Part shown: in pieces, positions 29,789 to 39,463 of the stretch
How the letters are laid out: every line of letters begins with the position of its first letter
How positions within the stretch are numbered: position 1 is the stretch's first letter
DNA from: an uncultured Candidatus Rokubacteria bacterium
Lineage (GTDB): Bacteria > Methylomirabilota > Methylomirabilia > Rokubacteriales > DASRDR01
Assembly: GCA_963826115.1 (NCBI GenBank)
Contig: CAWGVS010000005.1
Coordinates: 1,248,001-1,312,000, forward strand
Direction of reading: 5' to 3'
DNA: 64,000 nt
The notes under the pieces: model-generated
The model's input: the letters and a program-made list of their open reading frames with translations, nothing else
The model's database searches: none
What the model was told of the DNA's origin: nothing
Made by a program: the position numbers and the translations under genes

Positions 29789-31491
29789 CCACCGCCAGCC
29801 AGGAATTCACCGTCCTCCGCGACGTCCCCCAGACGATGCGCGACGGGACGGTCCTCCGCGCCGACGTCTACGTCCCGAAGGGCAAGGGGCCGTTTCCCGC
29901 CCTCCTCGAGCGGACGCCGTACAGCAAGGACAACTCGCCCGAATGCCAGGTGGGGTCGCCGCCGTTCTTCGCGTCCCAGGGCTACGCGGTCGTGATCCAG
30001 GACGTCCGGGGCCGCTTCGCCTCGGAGGGTCGGTTCATCCCGTTCCACGACGACGGCTGGGGCGAGAACCGCGACGGCTACGACACGGTCGAGTGGATCG
30101 CCGCCCAGCCCTGGTGCGACGGGAACGTCGGCACCATCGGCGGCTCGTACGCGGGCGCGACCCAGTACCGTCTCGCCCCGACGCGCCCGCCTCACCTCCG
30201 CGCGATGTACGTCCGCGAGTCCTCGACGGACTACTGGGCGGAGTGGGTCTACCACGGCGGCGCCTTCGAGCTCGGCTTCATGGTCGAGTGGACGTTCAAG
30301 TGGACCTACAACAACCTGAAGCGCCTGGCGCGGAGCCCCGAGGAGTACGCCCGCCGGAAGGGGATCCTCGAGAAGGCGCTCGACGAGTTGCCCAGCTGGC
30401 ACCGGGAGCTGCCCCTCCACCCGAACCCGCTCGGGGAGGGTCTCGACGACTGGTACAACGAGTTCCTGGCCCACCCGGACGACGGCCCCTACTGGTGGCG
30501 CTGGAACATCGGCCACCGCCACGGCGACATCGAGACCCCGATCGTCCACATGGGCGGCTGGTTCGACATCTTCCTGGCGGGGACGATCAAGAACTTCGTC
30601 GGCACGCGCGCGAAGGCGCGCACCCAGGCCGCGCGCGACGCCCAGTACCTGGTGGTAGGGCCGTGGATCCACGGGCCGTGGAACATGGCGAAGACCGTCC
30701 AGGGAGAGATCGACTTCGGGCCCGAGGCGACCCGGGACTACAACGCGATCCGGGTGCCGTGGTTCGACCACTGGCTCCGCGGGACGAAGAACTCGGTCCC
30801 CGACGAGCCGCGGGTCCAGCTCTTCGTCATGGGCGAGAACCGCTGGCGCACGGCCGACACGTATCCGTGGCCGGGCACGCGCGAGACGCCCTGGCACCTC
30901 CGCGACGGCGGGCGGCTCACGCCGGACGCGCCGGCGGGCGCGGAGCAGGCCGACGGCTACCGGTACGACCCGGACGACCCGGTCCCGACGCTCGGCGGCG
31001 CCACCCTCAACATCCCGGGCGGCGCCTACGACCAGCGGCCCATCGAGGGGCGCTGCCTCGTTTACACGAGCGCGCCCCTCGAGCGCGACCTCACGGTGAT
31101 CGGGGACGTCCGGTGCGTGCTCCACGTCATGTCGACGGCGCCCGACACCGACTTCGTGGTCCGGCTGACCGACGTCCACCCCGACGGGACGTCGCGGCTC
31201 CTCTGCGACGGCATCCTCCGGGCGCGCTACCGGGAGTCCGGCAGCCGGCCGGTCCCGCTGACGCCCGGGCGCGTCACGGAGCTCACGGTGGACCTCTGGG
31301 CTACGGCCAACACGTTCCGCAAGGGCCACCGGATCCGCGTGGCCGTGACGTCGTCGAGCTTCCCCCGGTTCGACCGCAACCTGAACACGGGCGGCCCGAC
31401 CGGCGCCGAGGGGCGCGGGCAGGTCGCGCTCAACACGGTCTTCCACGACGCGGCGCGACCGTCGCGGATCCTCCTGCCGGTGGTGAGCTAG
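29785..31491 (+). CDS. CocE/NonD family hydrolase (peptidase S15)
   Basis: MRDGTVL, RTPY, QDVRGRFASEG, GGSYAG, GGWFD, GPWIH, SSFPRFDRN. Confidence 0.92.
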   Translation: MTTASQEFTVLRDVPQTMRDGTVLRADVYVPKGKGPFPALLERTPYSKDNSPECQVGSPPFFASQGYAVVIQDVRGRFASEGRFIPFHDDGWGENRDGYDTVEWIAAQPWCDGNVGTIGGSYAGATQYRLAPTRPPHLRAMYVRESSTDYWAEWVYHGGAFELGFMVEWTFKWTYNNLKRLARSPEEYARRKGILEKALDELPSWHRELPLHPNPLGEGLDDWYNEFLAHPDDGPYWWRWNIGHRHGDIETPIVHMGGWFDIFLAGTIKNFVGTRAKARTQAARDAQYLVVGPWIHGPWNMAKTVQGEIDFGPEATRDYNAIRVPWFDHWLRGTKNSVPDEPRVQLFVMGENRWRTADTYPWPGTRETPWHLRDGGRLTPDAPAGAEQADGYRYDPDDPVPTLGGATLNIPGGAYDQRPIEGRCLVYTSAPLERDLTVIGDVRCVLHVMSTAPDTDFVVRLTDVHPDGTSRLLCDGILRARYRESGSRPVPLTPGRVTELTVDLWATANTFRKGHRIRVAVTSSSFPRFDRNLNTGGPTGAEGRGQVALNTVFHDAARPSRILLPVVS

Positions 31492-31507
31492 GAGGGCGAC
31501 CGAGGCG

Positions 31508-32329
31508 ATGAGCCGGACGGACGGCCCCTCCACGCTCCGCATCGGCCTCGCAGCCGCGCGGAACGCGCCGACGGTCGAAGAGCGGCTCGACGTCGTCGAG
31601 CGGTTCCTCGAGGACGCCGGGGCGCAGGGCGTCGCCATCGTCTGCTTCCCGGAGACCTACATCCCCGGGCTCCGCGGCCAGGACTTTCCCGTCCCGCCCA
31701 TCGACCAGCGCCGCCAGGAAAGAGCCCTCGACCGCGTCCGGGCCGCCGCCGGGCGGCGCGGCGTGGCCGTCGTCCTGGGCATGGAGTGGGGGACGCCCGT
31801 GGGCCTCCACAACGTGGCGTTCGTGATCGGGCGCGACGGGGCCGCCGTGGGCTACCAGGCCAAGAATCAGATTCCCCTCGAGGAGGAGCCCTTCTACGCG
31901 CCCGACGGCCGGCGTCGGCTGTTCGAGGTCGACGGGGTCCCCTTCGGCATCACGATCTGCCACGAGGGGTGGCGCTACCCCGAGGCCACTCGCTGGGCGG
32001 CCGTGCGCGGCGCGCGCGTGGTCTTCCACCCGCAGCTCACCGGCAGCGACCGCACCGGGGCGACGCTCGAGCGCTGGGGCGACCCGGCGGCGCCCTACTA
32101 CGAGAAGGCCATGATCGCGCGGAGCGTCGAGAACACCGTCTATTTCGCCAGCGTCAACTGCGCGATGCGCTACCAGGACTCCGCGACCAGCCTCCTCGGC
32201 CCGGACGGGGACTGCGTCGCGCACGTGCCGTACGGCAAGGAGCAGCTCCTGGTGCACGACGTCGACCTCGCGCGGGCGACCGGCCTCTGCGCCCGCCGGT
32301 ACAACCCTGCCTTCTACCCGACGGCATGA
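31508..32329 (+). CDS. Carbon-nitrogen hydrolase (nitrilase superfamily)
   Basis: E-K-C triad: FPE, QAKNQ, ICHEG. Confidence 0.88.
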   Translation: MSRTDGPSTLRIGLAAARNAPTVEERLDVVERFLEDAGAQGVAIVCFPETYIPGLRGQDFPVPPIDQRRQERALDRVRAAAGRRGVAVVLGMEWGTPVGLHNVAFVIGRDGAAVGYQAKNQIPLEEEPFYAPDGRRRLFEVDGVPFGITICHEGWRYPEATRWAAVRGARVVFHPQLTGSDRTGATLERWGDPAAPYYEKAMIARSVENTVYFASVNCAMRYQDSATSLLGPDGDCVAHVPYGKEQLLVHDVDLARATGLCARRYNPAFYPTA

Positions 32330-32381
32330 GCCCGCAGGTCGAAGGCCGTCCGATCAACTACCGCGGAGCGGGGGGTAGCCA

Positions 32382-32843
32382 GTGAGCGTGGTCATCGCCC
32401 AGGTGCGCCCGGACACGCCGGACGCGGTCGCGCTGATCGAGGAGCTGGACGCGCACCTCGGCGCGCTCTACGCCGTCGAGAGTCGCCACGGCTTCAGCGT
32501 GGAGAAGCTCGTGCAGGACGGGGTCCGGTTCTTCGTCACGCGCGACGACGGGCGCCCGGCCGGCTGCGGCGGCGTGCTCCTGGTCGAGCGCGAGTACGCC
32601 GAGGTCAAGCGCATGTACGTCCGGCCGGCGTTCCGCGGCCGCGGGTTCGGCCGGCTGATGCTGGACCACCTCGTCGAGGACGCCCGGCGACACGGGCTGA
32701 CGGTGGTGCGACTCGAGACGGGCATCCACCAGCGCGAGGCGATCGCGCTCTACGAGCAGGCCGGCTTCCGCCAGATCCCGCCGTTCGGGCCCTACCGGGA
32801 AGACCCGGTGAGCCTCTGTTACGAGAAGCGACTCCCGTCGTAG
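32382..32843 (+). CDS. GNAT N-acetyltransferase
   Basis: EVKRMYVRPAFRGRGFG, LETG, AIALYE..GF. Confidence 0.9.
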   Translation: MSVVIAQVRPDTPDAVALIEELDAHLGALYAVESRHGFSVEKLVQDGVRFFVTRDDGRPAGCGGVLLVEREYAEVKRMYVRPAFRGRGFGRLMLDHLVEDARRHGLTVVRLETGIHQREAIALYEQAGFRQIPPFGPYREDPVSLCYEKRLPS

Positions 32844-32888
32844 GACGAGCCTCTCCACTCTCCCGCCGATAACCGGCCGAGGACCCGC

Positions 32889-34109
32889 ATGCGCATCACG
32901 AGCGTCGAGACCATCCGCATCGGCGAGTTCCCGAACATCCTGTTCGTCCGGGTCCACACGGACGCGGGGCTCGCCGGGCTCGGCGAGACCTTCTTCGGCG
33001 CCGCGGAGGTCGAGGCCTATCTCCACGGCACCGCCGCCGGCCGGCTCCTCGGCCAGGATCCGTCGCGGATCGACGCGCTCCGTCTCCTGCTCCAGAACTA
33101 CGTCGGCACCCGCTCGACGGGCGTGGAAGCTCGCGGGAACTCCGCCGTCGACATCGCGCTCTGGGACCTCGTCGGCCAGGCCACGGGCCGCCGCGTGGTC
33201 GATCTCCTCGGCGGCGAGACCCGCCAGTCCATCCGCGCGTACAACACGTGCGCCGGCTACCAATACGTGCGGGCGACGCGCGGCCAGGCGTGGGCGAACT
33301 GGGGCCTCCCGGGCGACGGCGACACGGGCGGGCCCTACGAGGACCTCGACGCCTTCCTCCACGGGCGCGCGGGCGAGCTCGCGCAGAGTCTCCTCGCCCA
33401 GGGCGTCACCGGCATGAAGATGTGGCCCTTCGACGAGGCGGCGTACCGGCACGGCGGCCTCCACATCACGGCCGAGGAGCTCGACCGGGCGCTCGAGCCG
33501 TTCCGCCAGGCGCGGCGAGCCGTCGGCGACCGGATGGACCTGATGGTCGAGCTCCACGGGCTCTGGATCCTGCCGGTCGCCCTCCGGATCGCGCACGCCT
33601 TCGAGGCCGAGGGGCTGCGCCCCTACTGGATCGAGGACCCGATCCGCCCCGACGACATCGCGAGCCTGGCGGCGTTCGCCCGCGGGACGCGGATCCCCAC
33701 GACCGCCAGCGAGATGCTCGGGGGGCGCCAGGCGTTCCGCGAGCTTCTCGAGGCGCGGGCGGCGAGCATCGTCATGCTCGACCTCGGCTGGTGCGGCGGC
33801 CTCACCGAGGGCAAGGCGATCGCGGGCATGGCCGAGGCCTTCGGCCTCCCGGTCGCGCCCCACGACTGCACCGGCCCCGTGGTCTGGACGGCCAGCTGCC
33901 ACCTCTCCCTCAACGCCCCGAACGCCCTGATCCAGGAGACCGTGCGCGCCTTCTACACCGGTTGGTACCGGGAGCTCGTGACGACGCTGCCCCGCGTCGA
34001 GAACGGGCAGGTCAGCCTCGGCAGCGACGCGCCCGGCCTCGGGATCGCGCTCCTGCCCGGGCTCACCGAGCGGCCCGACGCCGTCGTCCGCCGCACGGAC
34101 GCCGCCTGA
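32889..34109 (+). CDS. Mandelate racemase/muconate lactonizing enzyme family (acid-sugar dehydratase-like)
   Basis: GLGET, DIALWD, YNTCAG, KMWPFD, MVELH, WIEDP, ASE, APHDC. Confidence 0.9.
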   Translation: MRITSVETIRIGEFPNILFVRVHTDAGLAGLGETFFGAAEVEAYLHGTAAGRLLGQDPSRIDALRLLLQNYVGTRSTGVEARGNSAVDIALWDLVGQATGRRVVDLLGGETRQSIRAYNTCAGYQYVRATRGQAWANWGLPGDGDTGGPYEDLDAFLHGRAGELAQSLLAQGVTGMKMWPFDEAAYRHGGLHITAEELDRALEPFRQARRAVGDRMDLMVELHGLWILPVALRIAHAFEAEGLRPYWIEDPIRPDDIASLAAFARGTRIPTTASEMLGGRQAFRELLEARAASIVMLDLGWCGGLTEGKAIAGMAEAFGLPVAPHDCTGPVVWTASCHLSLNAPNALIQETVRAFYTGWYRELVTTLPRVENGQVSLGSDAPGLGIALLPGLTERPDAVVRRTDAA

Positions 34110-34134
34110 CCCCGGCGTCCCGATCCGAGGAACC

Positions 34135-35031
34135 ATGCGGTCCACGCGCGTCGCGGCGGTGAGCATGAACGGCCGCCTGGGCGAGCCGGCGGCCGTCCTC
34201 GACGAGATCGCCGGGTGGTGCGGGCGCGCGGCGGCCGAGCGGGCCGAGCTGGTGCTCTTCCCCGAGCTGGTCGTCCACGGCCACTGCACCCCGAACACGG
34301 CGGCGCTCGCCGAGGCCGTCCCGGACGGCCCGAGCGTGGCGCGCCTCACCCGCCTCGCCCGCGAGCACGGCCTGGTCCTCTCCGCCGGACTCAGCGAGCG
34401 GGAGGGCGACGCCGTCTACAACACGCAGGTGCTGGTCGGGCCCGGCGGCTACATCGGCAAGCAGCGGAAGCTCCATCTCTCGCGCGACGAGGTCCTCTTC
34501 TACACGGGTGGGCGAGACCTCCGTGTCTTCGACGTGGGGCCGTGCCGGGTCGGCATCGCCATCTGCTACGACAACGAGTTCCCCGAGCTCCCGCGGATCC
34601 TCGCCCTCCTCGGGGCCGAGGTCCTGCTCATGCCGCACGCCTCGCGCGACCAGCAGTGGGAAGACACGCCGGAGAGCGAGGCCGCCGCCCGCCGGTTCAT
34701 GCGCGAGTACTACCTGCCCTACCGGATGCGAACCAAGGAGAACGCCGTCTTCGGCGTCCTGACGGACCAGGCCGGCCGCGCGGGATTTGTCGCCCGCTAT
34801 CCGCGGGACCACGAGAACCAGCCGCACCACCCGGGCGCGGCGATGATCTTCGGTCCCGACGGCAGCCTGGTGGCGGCCTCCCAGGTCGAGCGCATCCGGG
34901 ACGAGATGGTTGTCGCCACGCTGGACACGGCCCTCCTCGAGAAGGAGCGCGCGCACGCCAACTACCAGCTGCGCACCCGCCGGCCCGAGCTCTACGGCGA
35001 GCTCCTGCGCGACCGGCCAGCGTCGCCGTGA
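34135..35031 (+). CDS. Carbon-nitrogen hydrolase (nitrilase superfamily)
   Basis: LFPEL, RKLH, ICYD, RRPELY. Confidence 0.88.
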   Translation: MRSTRVAAVSMNGRLGEPAAVLDEIAGWCGRAAAERAELVLFPELVVHGHCTPNTAALAEAVPDGPSVARLTRLAREHGLVLSAGLSEREGDAVYNTQVLVGPGGYIGKQRKLHLSRDEVLFYTGGRDLRVFDVGPCRVGIAICYDNEFPELPRILALLGAEVLLMPHASRDQQWEDTPESEAAARRFMREYYLPYRMRTKENAVFGVLTDQAGRAGFVARYPRDHENQPHHPGAAMIFGPDGSLVAASQVERIRDEMVVATLDTALLEKERAHANYQLRTRRPELYGELLRDRPASP

Positions 35032-35044
35032 CGCAATGCTTCGC

Positions 35045-35053
35045 TGGTATCAT
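35045..35053 (+). promoter_or_regulatory. Extended -10 element (TGG-TATCAT), likely leaderless start
   Basis: TGn-TATCAT 8 nt before ATG 35062, no SD. Confidence 0.5.
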
Positions 35054-35061
35054 CTAGCGTC

Positions 35062-36036
35062 ATGAAGGCCATGGTCGCCCGCCGGTGGTGCGAGCCGTCG
35101 GAGCTCGAGTACGCGGACGTGCCCGATCCCCAGCCGGGACCGGGTCAGGTCCTCATCGAGACGCGCGCGATCGGGTGCAACTTCCCCGACATCCTGATGA
35201 TCCAGGGGAAGTACCAGGTGAAGCCCCCGCATCCCTTCAGCCCCGGTCACGAGGTCGCCGGCGTCGTGCGCGCGGTCGGCCCCGACGTGACGCGCGTCCG
35301 CCCCGGCCAGCGCGTTCTCGCGAGCCTCGAATGGGGCGGATACGCGGAGCTCGCCCTCGCCTCGGCCGCGCGCGTCCACGCCATACCCGACGCCATGCCG
35401 TTCGACCACGCGGCCGCCTTCTACGTCGTCTATCAGACGAGCTACTCCGCCCTCGTCCGGCGCGCGGCCCTCCAGCCGAACGAATGGCTCCTCGTCCACG
35501 GCGCCGCGGGCGGCGTCGGGCTCTCCGCGGTCCAGATCGGCAAGGCGCTGGGCGCCCGCGTCATCGCGACCGCCGGCACCCCCGAGAAGCTCGAGATCGC
35601 CCGGCAGTCCGGCGCGGACGTCCTCATCGACTACGCGAAGGAGGACTGGGTCGAGCGGGTGAAGGCCGTGACGGGCGGCGAGGGCGCCGACGTGATCTAC
35701 GACCCGGTCGGCGGCGACGTCTTCGACAACTCGACCAAGTGCATCGCCTTCGAGGGCCGGATCCTCACGATCGGCTTCGCCGGCGGGCGCATCCCGACCC
35801 TCGCCATCAACCGGGTCCTCCTCAAGAACTTCAGCGTGGTCGGCCTCCACTGGGGGTACTACCAGCGACGCGGGTCCCCGCTCGTGAAGGAGTGGATGGA
35901 CGCGCTCTTCACGCTCTATGCGGAGGGCCGGGTCCGCCCCGTGATCTACCGGAGCTATCCCATGCGCGAGGCGGCCGCGGCGCTCGGCGCGCTCTCGTCC
36001 CGCGAGGCTTACGGAAAGGTGGTCCTCGTGCCATGA
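35062..36036 (+). CDS. NADPH:quinone oxidoreductase (zeta-crystallin-like MDR)
   Basis: NFPDILMIQGKYQ, HGAAGGVG, DPVGG, GKVVL. Confidence 0.9.
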   Translation: MKAMVARRWCEPSELEYADVPDPQPGPGQVLIETRAIGCNFPDILMIQGKYQVKPPHPFSPGHEVAGVVRAVGPDVTRVRPGQRVLASLEWGGYAELALASAARVHAIPDAMPFDHAAAFYVVYQTSYSALVRRAALQPNEWLLVHGAAGGVGLSAVQIGKALGARVIATAGTPEKLEIARQSGADVLIDYAKEDWVERVKAVTGGEGADVIYDPVGGDVFDNSTKCIAFEGRILTIGFAGGRIPTLAINRVLLKNFSVVGLHWGYYQRRGSPLVKEWMDALFTLYAEGRVRPVIYRSYPMREAAAALGALSSREAYGKVVLVP

Positions 36037-36812
36037 CCTCCCACGGCCAGCCGCCGCGATTCCTGACCGCGCACGAGCTCGCCGACTACCGCCGAGACGG
36101 CTACCTCGTGTGCCGCGGGCTCTTCGGCCCCGACGAGGTCGCCACGCTCCGCCACGCGACCGACGAGGTCCAGGCCTGGCCCGAGCAGCCCGGCACCTGG
36201 ATGGTCTACGGCGAGACGAGCCTCCGGGATCCCGGACAGCGCCTCATCAACCGCATCGAGAACTTCTACCCCTACCACTCGGGGTTCAAGGCGCTCTTCG
36301 ATGGCGACAAGCTCCTCGGGCGCGTGAACGATCTCCTCGGCGAGCCGGCCATCCTCTTCAAGGACAAGATCAACTTCAAGCTGGCCGGCGGCGACGGATT
36401 CAAGCCTCACCAGGACCAGCAGGCGGGCTGGAGCGTCTACGCGCCGCTCTTCGTCACCGCGCTCGTCGCGATCGACGACGCGACGGAGGCGAACGGCTGT
36501 CTCGAGCTGGCGGCCGGCCATCACACCCGGGGCCTGATCGGCCGCGAGTGGGCGCCCCTGACGGACGAGGACATGCGAGGCGTCGAGTTCACGCCCTGCC
36601 CGACGGCGCCGGGTGACACCGTCTTCTTCGACTCCTATGTCCCCCACCGCTCGGGGCCGAACCTCTCGGGCGAGCCGCGGCGCGTGCTCTACGTCACCTA
36701 CAACCGGCTGGCCGACGGCGACCACCGGGCGCAGTACTACGCGGACAAGCGGAAGGCCTATCCGCCCGACGTCGAGCGGGAGCCGGGCCGGCAGTACGTG
36801 TACCGGGTCTGA
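36033..36812 (+). CDS. Fe(II)/2-oxoglutarate PhyH-family dioxygenase (PhnY-like)
   Basis: FKDKINFKLAGGDGFKPHQD (HxD), NGCL, PHRSGPN, RRVLYVTYN. Confidence 0.85.
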   Translation: MTSHGQPPRFLTAHELADYRRDGYLVCRGLFGPDEVATLRHATDEVQAWPEQPGTWMVYGETSLRDPGQRLINRIENFYPYHSGFKALFDGDKLLGRVNDLLGEPAILFKDKINFKLAGGDGFKPHQDQQAGWSVYAPLFVTALVAIDDATEANGCLELAAGHHTRGLIGREWAPLTDEDMRGVEFTPCPTAPGDTVFFDSYVPHRSGPNLSGEPRRVLYVTYNRLADGDHRAQYYADKRKAYPPDVEREPGRQYVYRV

Positions 36813-36815
36813 CCC

Positions 36816-38033
36816 GTGAAGATCACGGGGATCGAGACCTTCGTCGTCGACGCAGGGTGGCGTCCCTGGCAGTTCGTCGCGGTCCGCACCGACGCCGGCC
36901 TCACCGGCTACGGCGAGTGCTCGGACGGACGCAATCCCTACGGCATCGTGGGCGCGGTCCGGGACTTCGAGCCGGTCCTCCTCGGCCAGGACCCTCGCCC
37001 CGTCGAGCGGATCTACTGGGACCTCTACCGCGTGGCCCGCCAGAGCCCTGGCGGCATCGCCGCGAAGGCGATCGCGGGGATCGAGCTCGCCCTCTGGGAC
37101 GTGAAGGCCAAGGCGCTCGGCGTCCCGGTCTACGAGCTCCTGGGCGGGCCGCTCCGGCTCCGCCAGCGCGTGTACTGGTCGCACTGCGGCACCTCGCGCG
37201 CGATGAACTCGGCCCTCATCGGCGTGGCCCCGCTGTCGACCATGGACGACGTGTACCGGCTCGGCGAGGAGGTCGTCCGGCGCGGCTACCGCGCGCTCAA
37301 GACGAACATCGTCTACCCCGGAAGCCCGGCGCGCGTCCACTTCCCGGGCTTCGGCGGCGGCCCGGGGACCACCGACCAGACCGTGACGTCCGAGATGATC
37401 CGCCACATCGAGTCGCTCCTCGGCACCTTCCGGCGGGCGGTCGGCCCCGACGTCGGCATCGCGCTCGATCTCAACTTCAACATGAAGCCCGAGGCGGCCA
37501 TCCGCATCTGCCGGGCCCTCGCGGGGCTCGACCTCATGTGGGTGGAGATCGACATGTACGACGCCGCGGCGCTTCGCGAGGTCAAGGACGAGGCGCCGAT
37601 GCCGATCTGCTCGGGCGAGAACCTGTACGGCCTCCGGGGCTACCGGCCGTTCTTCGAGGCCCGGGCGATGGACGTGGTGATGGTCGACGTGCCCTGGAAC
37701 GGCTTTGCCCAGTCGAAGAAGGTCGCCGAGCTCGCCGAGACCTACGAGCTGAACGTGGCCCCCCACAACTACTACAGTCACCTCTCCACGCTCCACTCGC
37801 TCCACCTCTGCGCCACGGTCCCCAACGTCCGGATCATGGAGATCGACGTGGACGACGTGCCGTGGAAGGACGAGCTGGTGGACGCGCCGCCCGTGATCGA
37901 GGGGGGCGAGGTGCTCCTGCCCACGCGGCCCGGCTGGGGAGCCGACCTCGTCGAGGCGGTCGCGCGGAAGCACGTCTGGGAGCCCGGACGCCTGCCCGGC
38001 TACTCGGCCGGTACCCAGATGTACGCGCGGTAG
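36816..38033 (+). CDS. Mandelate racemase/MLE family (galactonate dehydratase-like)
   Basis: GYGE, ELALWD, YWSHCG, KTN, LDLN, WVE, SGEN, APHN. Confidence 0.9.
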   Translation: MKITGIETFVVDAGWRPWQFVAVRTDAGLTGYGECSDGRNPYGIVGAVRDFEPVLLGQDPRPVERIYWDLYRVARQSPGGIAAKAIAGIELALWDVKAKALGVPVYELLGGPLRLRQRVYWSHCGTSRAMNSALIGVAPLSTMDDVYRLGEEVVRRGYRALKTNIVYPGSPARVHFPGFGGGPGTTDQTVTSEMIRHIESLLGTFRRAVGPDVGIALDLNFNMKPEAAIRICRALAGLDLMWVEIDMYDAAALREVKDEAPMPICSGENLYGLRGYRPFFEARAMDVVMVDVPWNGFAQSKKVAELAETYELNVAPHNYYSHLSTLHSLHLCATVPNVRIMEIDVDDVPWKDELVDAPPVIEGGEVLLPTRPGWGADLVEAVARKHVWEPGRLPGYSAGTQMYAR

Positions 38034-38108
38034 CGTGCCGCTGGCCCCGGGCCATCCCGGGCTGCGGGGGCCGATGTCGGTCGCACCGAGCCCGTCGAGG
38101 CGCCGAGC

Positions 38109-39425
38109 ATGACACCGTCGCCCGGCGTTCGCCCGGTGCTCGCTCGCGCCCACCGGGCGCCCCTCCTGATTCCCCTGGTGACGGCCGGACTGGTGATCGC
38201 GGCCCTCTGGTACGTCACCAGCGCGCTAAGCCCGCTGCCGCCGCGCACGGTGACCATGGCCACGGGCCCCGACGGCGGCGCCTACCAGGAGGTCGGCAAG
38301 CGCTACCAGGAGATCCTCGCGCGTCACGGGATCACGCTGACCCTCGTCCGGACGGCCGGGGCCCTGGAGAACCTGGCGCTCCTGCGCGACCCGAACTCTG
38401 GCGTCGGCATCGGGCTGCTCCAGGGCGGTATCACCAACGCGAAGGAGTCGCCCGAGCTGGAGGCGCTCGGCACGGTGTTCTTCGAGCCGCTCTGGTTCTT
38501 CCATCGCGGCGGCGTGGAGGGAGCCAGCTTCGAGGCGCTGCGGGGCCGGAAGGTCTCGATCGGACCCGAGGGGAGCGGCACCCGGGCGCTCGTCCTCCTG
38601 CTGCTGGCCCGCCAGCGGATGAACCAGAGCTTCGCCCAGCTGATGGGGCTCAGCCATCAGGATGCCGCCGAAGCGCTGGCCCGCGGTGAGATCGACGCCG
38701 CCCTCATGCTGGCGGCGTGGGACTCCCCGGCGGTGCGGCGCCTGCTCACCGAGGACGGCGTCAGCCTCGTGAGCTTCCCCCGCGCCGATGCCTACGTGGC
38801 GCTGTTCCCCTTCCTGAGCAAGGTCACGCTGCCGGCCGGCGCGGGCGACCTTGCGAAGAACCGCCCGCCGACGAACGTGACCCTGTTCGCGCCGAAGGCG
38901 AGCCTGGTGGTGCGGCGGAGCCTGCACCCCGCGATCCAGTCCTTGCTCCTGGACGCCGCCGAGCAGGTTCACGGGGGCCCCGAGATCTTCCACCAGCCGA
39001 GGCAGTTCCCGGCGGCGGAAGCCGTCGACCTCCCGCTCAGCGACGAGGCGCGCCAGTACTACCGCTCGGGGCGGCCATTCCTCCAGCGCCACCTGCCCTT
39101 CTGGCTCGCGGTGGCGCTCGGCCGCCTCCTCGTCGTCCTCATCCCCCTCGCGGGCGTGCTGTATCCCGTGTTCTGGCTCATGCCCGCGCTGTACGCCTGG
39201 AACGTGCGGAGGCGGATCGTCCGGATGTACCGCGACCTGAAGGATCTCGAGAAGGATGCGCCCTCGCGCGAGATGCTGAGCGAGGGGCTCGACCGGCTGG
39301 AGGACAAGGCGCGCCAGCTGCACGTGCCGACGTCCTACAGCGACTCGCTCTACACGCTCCGCCAGCACATCGCGCTCGTCCGGGAGCGCCTCCGGCAGCC
39401 CGACCGGCCGGCCGATACCGAGTAG
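38109..39425 (+). CDS. TAXI family TRAP substrate-binding protein with C-terminal TM/coiled-coil
   Basis: ATGPDGGAY, TAGALEN, GLLQGG, SIGPEGSGT, RHLPFWLA, YTLRQHI. Confidence 0.85.
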   Translation: MTPSPGVRPVLARAHRAPLLIPLVTAGLVIAALWYVTSALSPLPPRTVTMATGPDGGAYQEVGKRYQEILARHGITLTLVRTAGALENLALLRDPNSGVGIGLLQGGITNAKESPELEALGTVFFEPLWFFHRGGVEGASFEALRGRKVSIGPEGSGTRALVLLLLARQRMNQSFAQLMGLSHQDAAEALARGEIDAALMLAAWDSPAVRRLLTEDGVSLVSFPRADAYVALFPFLSKVTLPAGAGDLAKNRPPTNVTLFAPKASLVVRRSLHPAIQSLLLDAAEQVHGGPEIFHQPRQFPAAEAVDLPLSDEARQYYRSGRPFLQRHLPFWLAVALGRLLVVLIPLAGVLYPVFWLMPALYAWNVRRRIVRMYRDLKDLEKDAPSREMLSEGLDRLEDKARQLHVPTSYSDSLYTLRQHIALVRERLRQPDRPADTE

Positions 39426-39463
39426 GCGGCGCCGCGCCGAGGCACCGCCCGCCGGGCGCGGCC

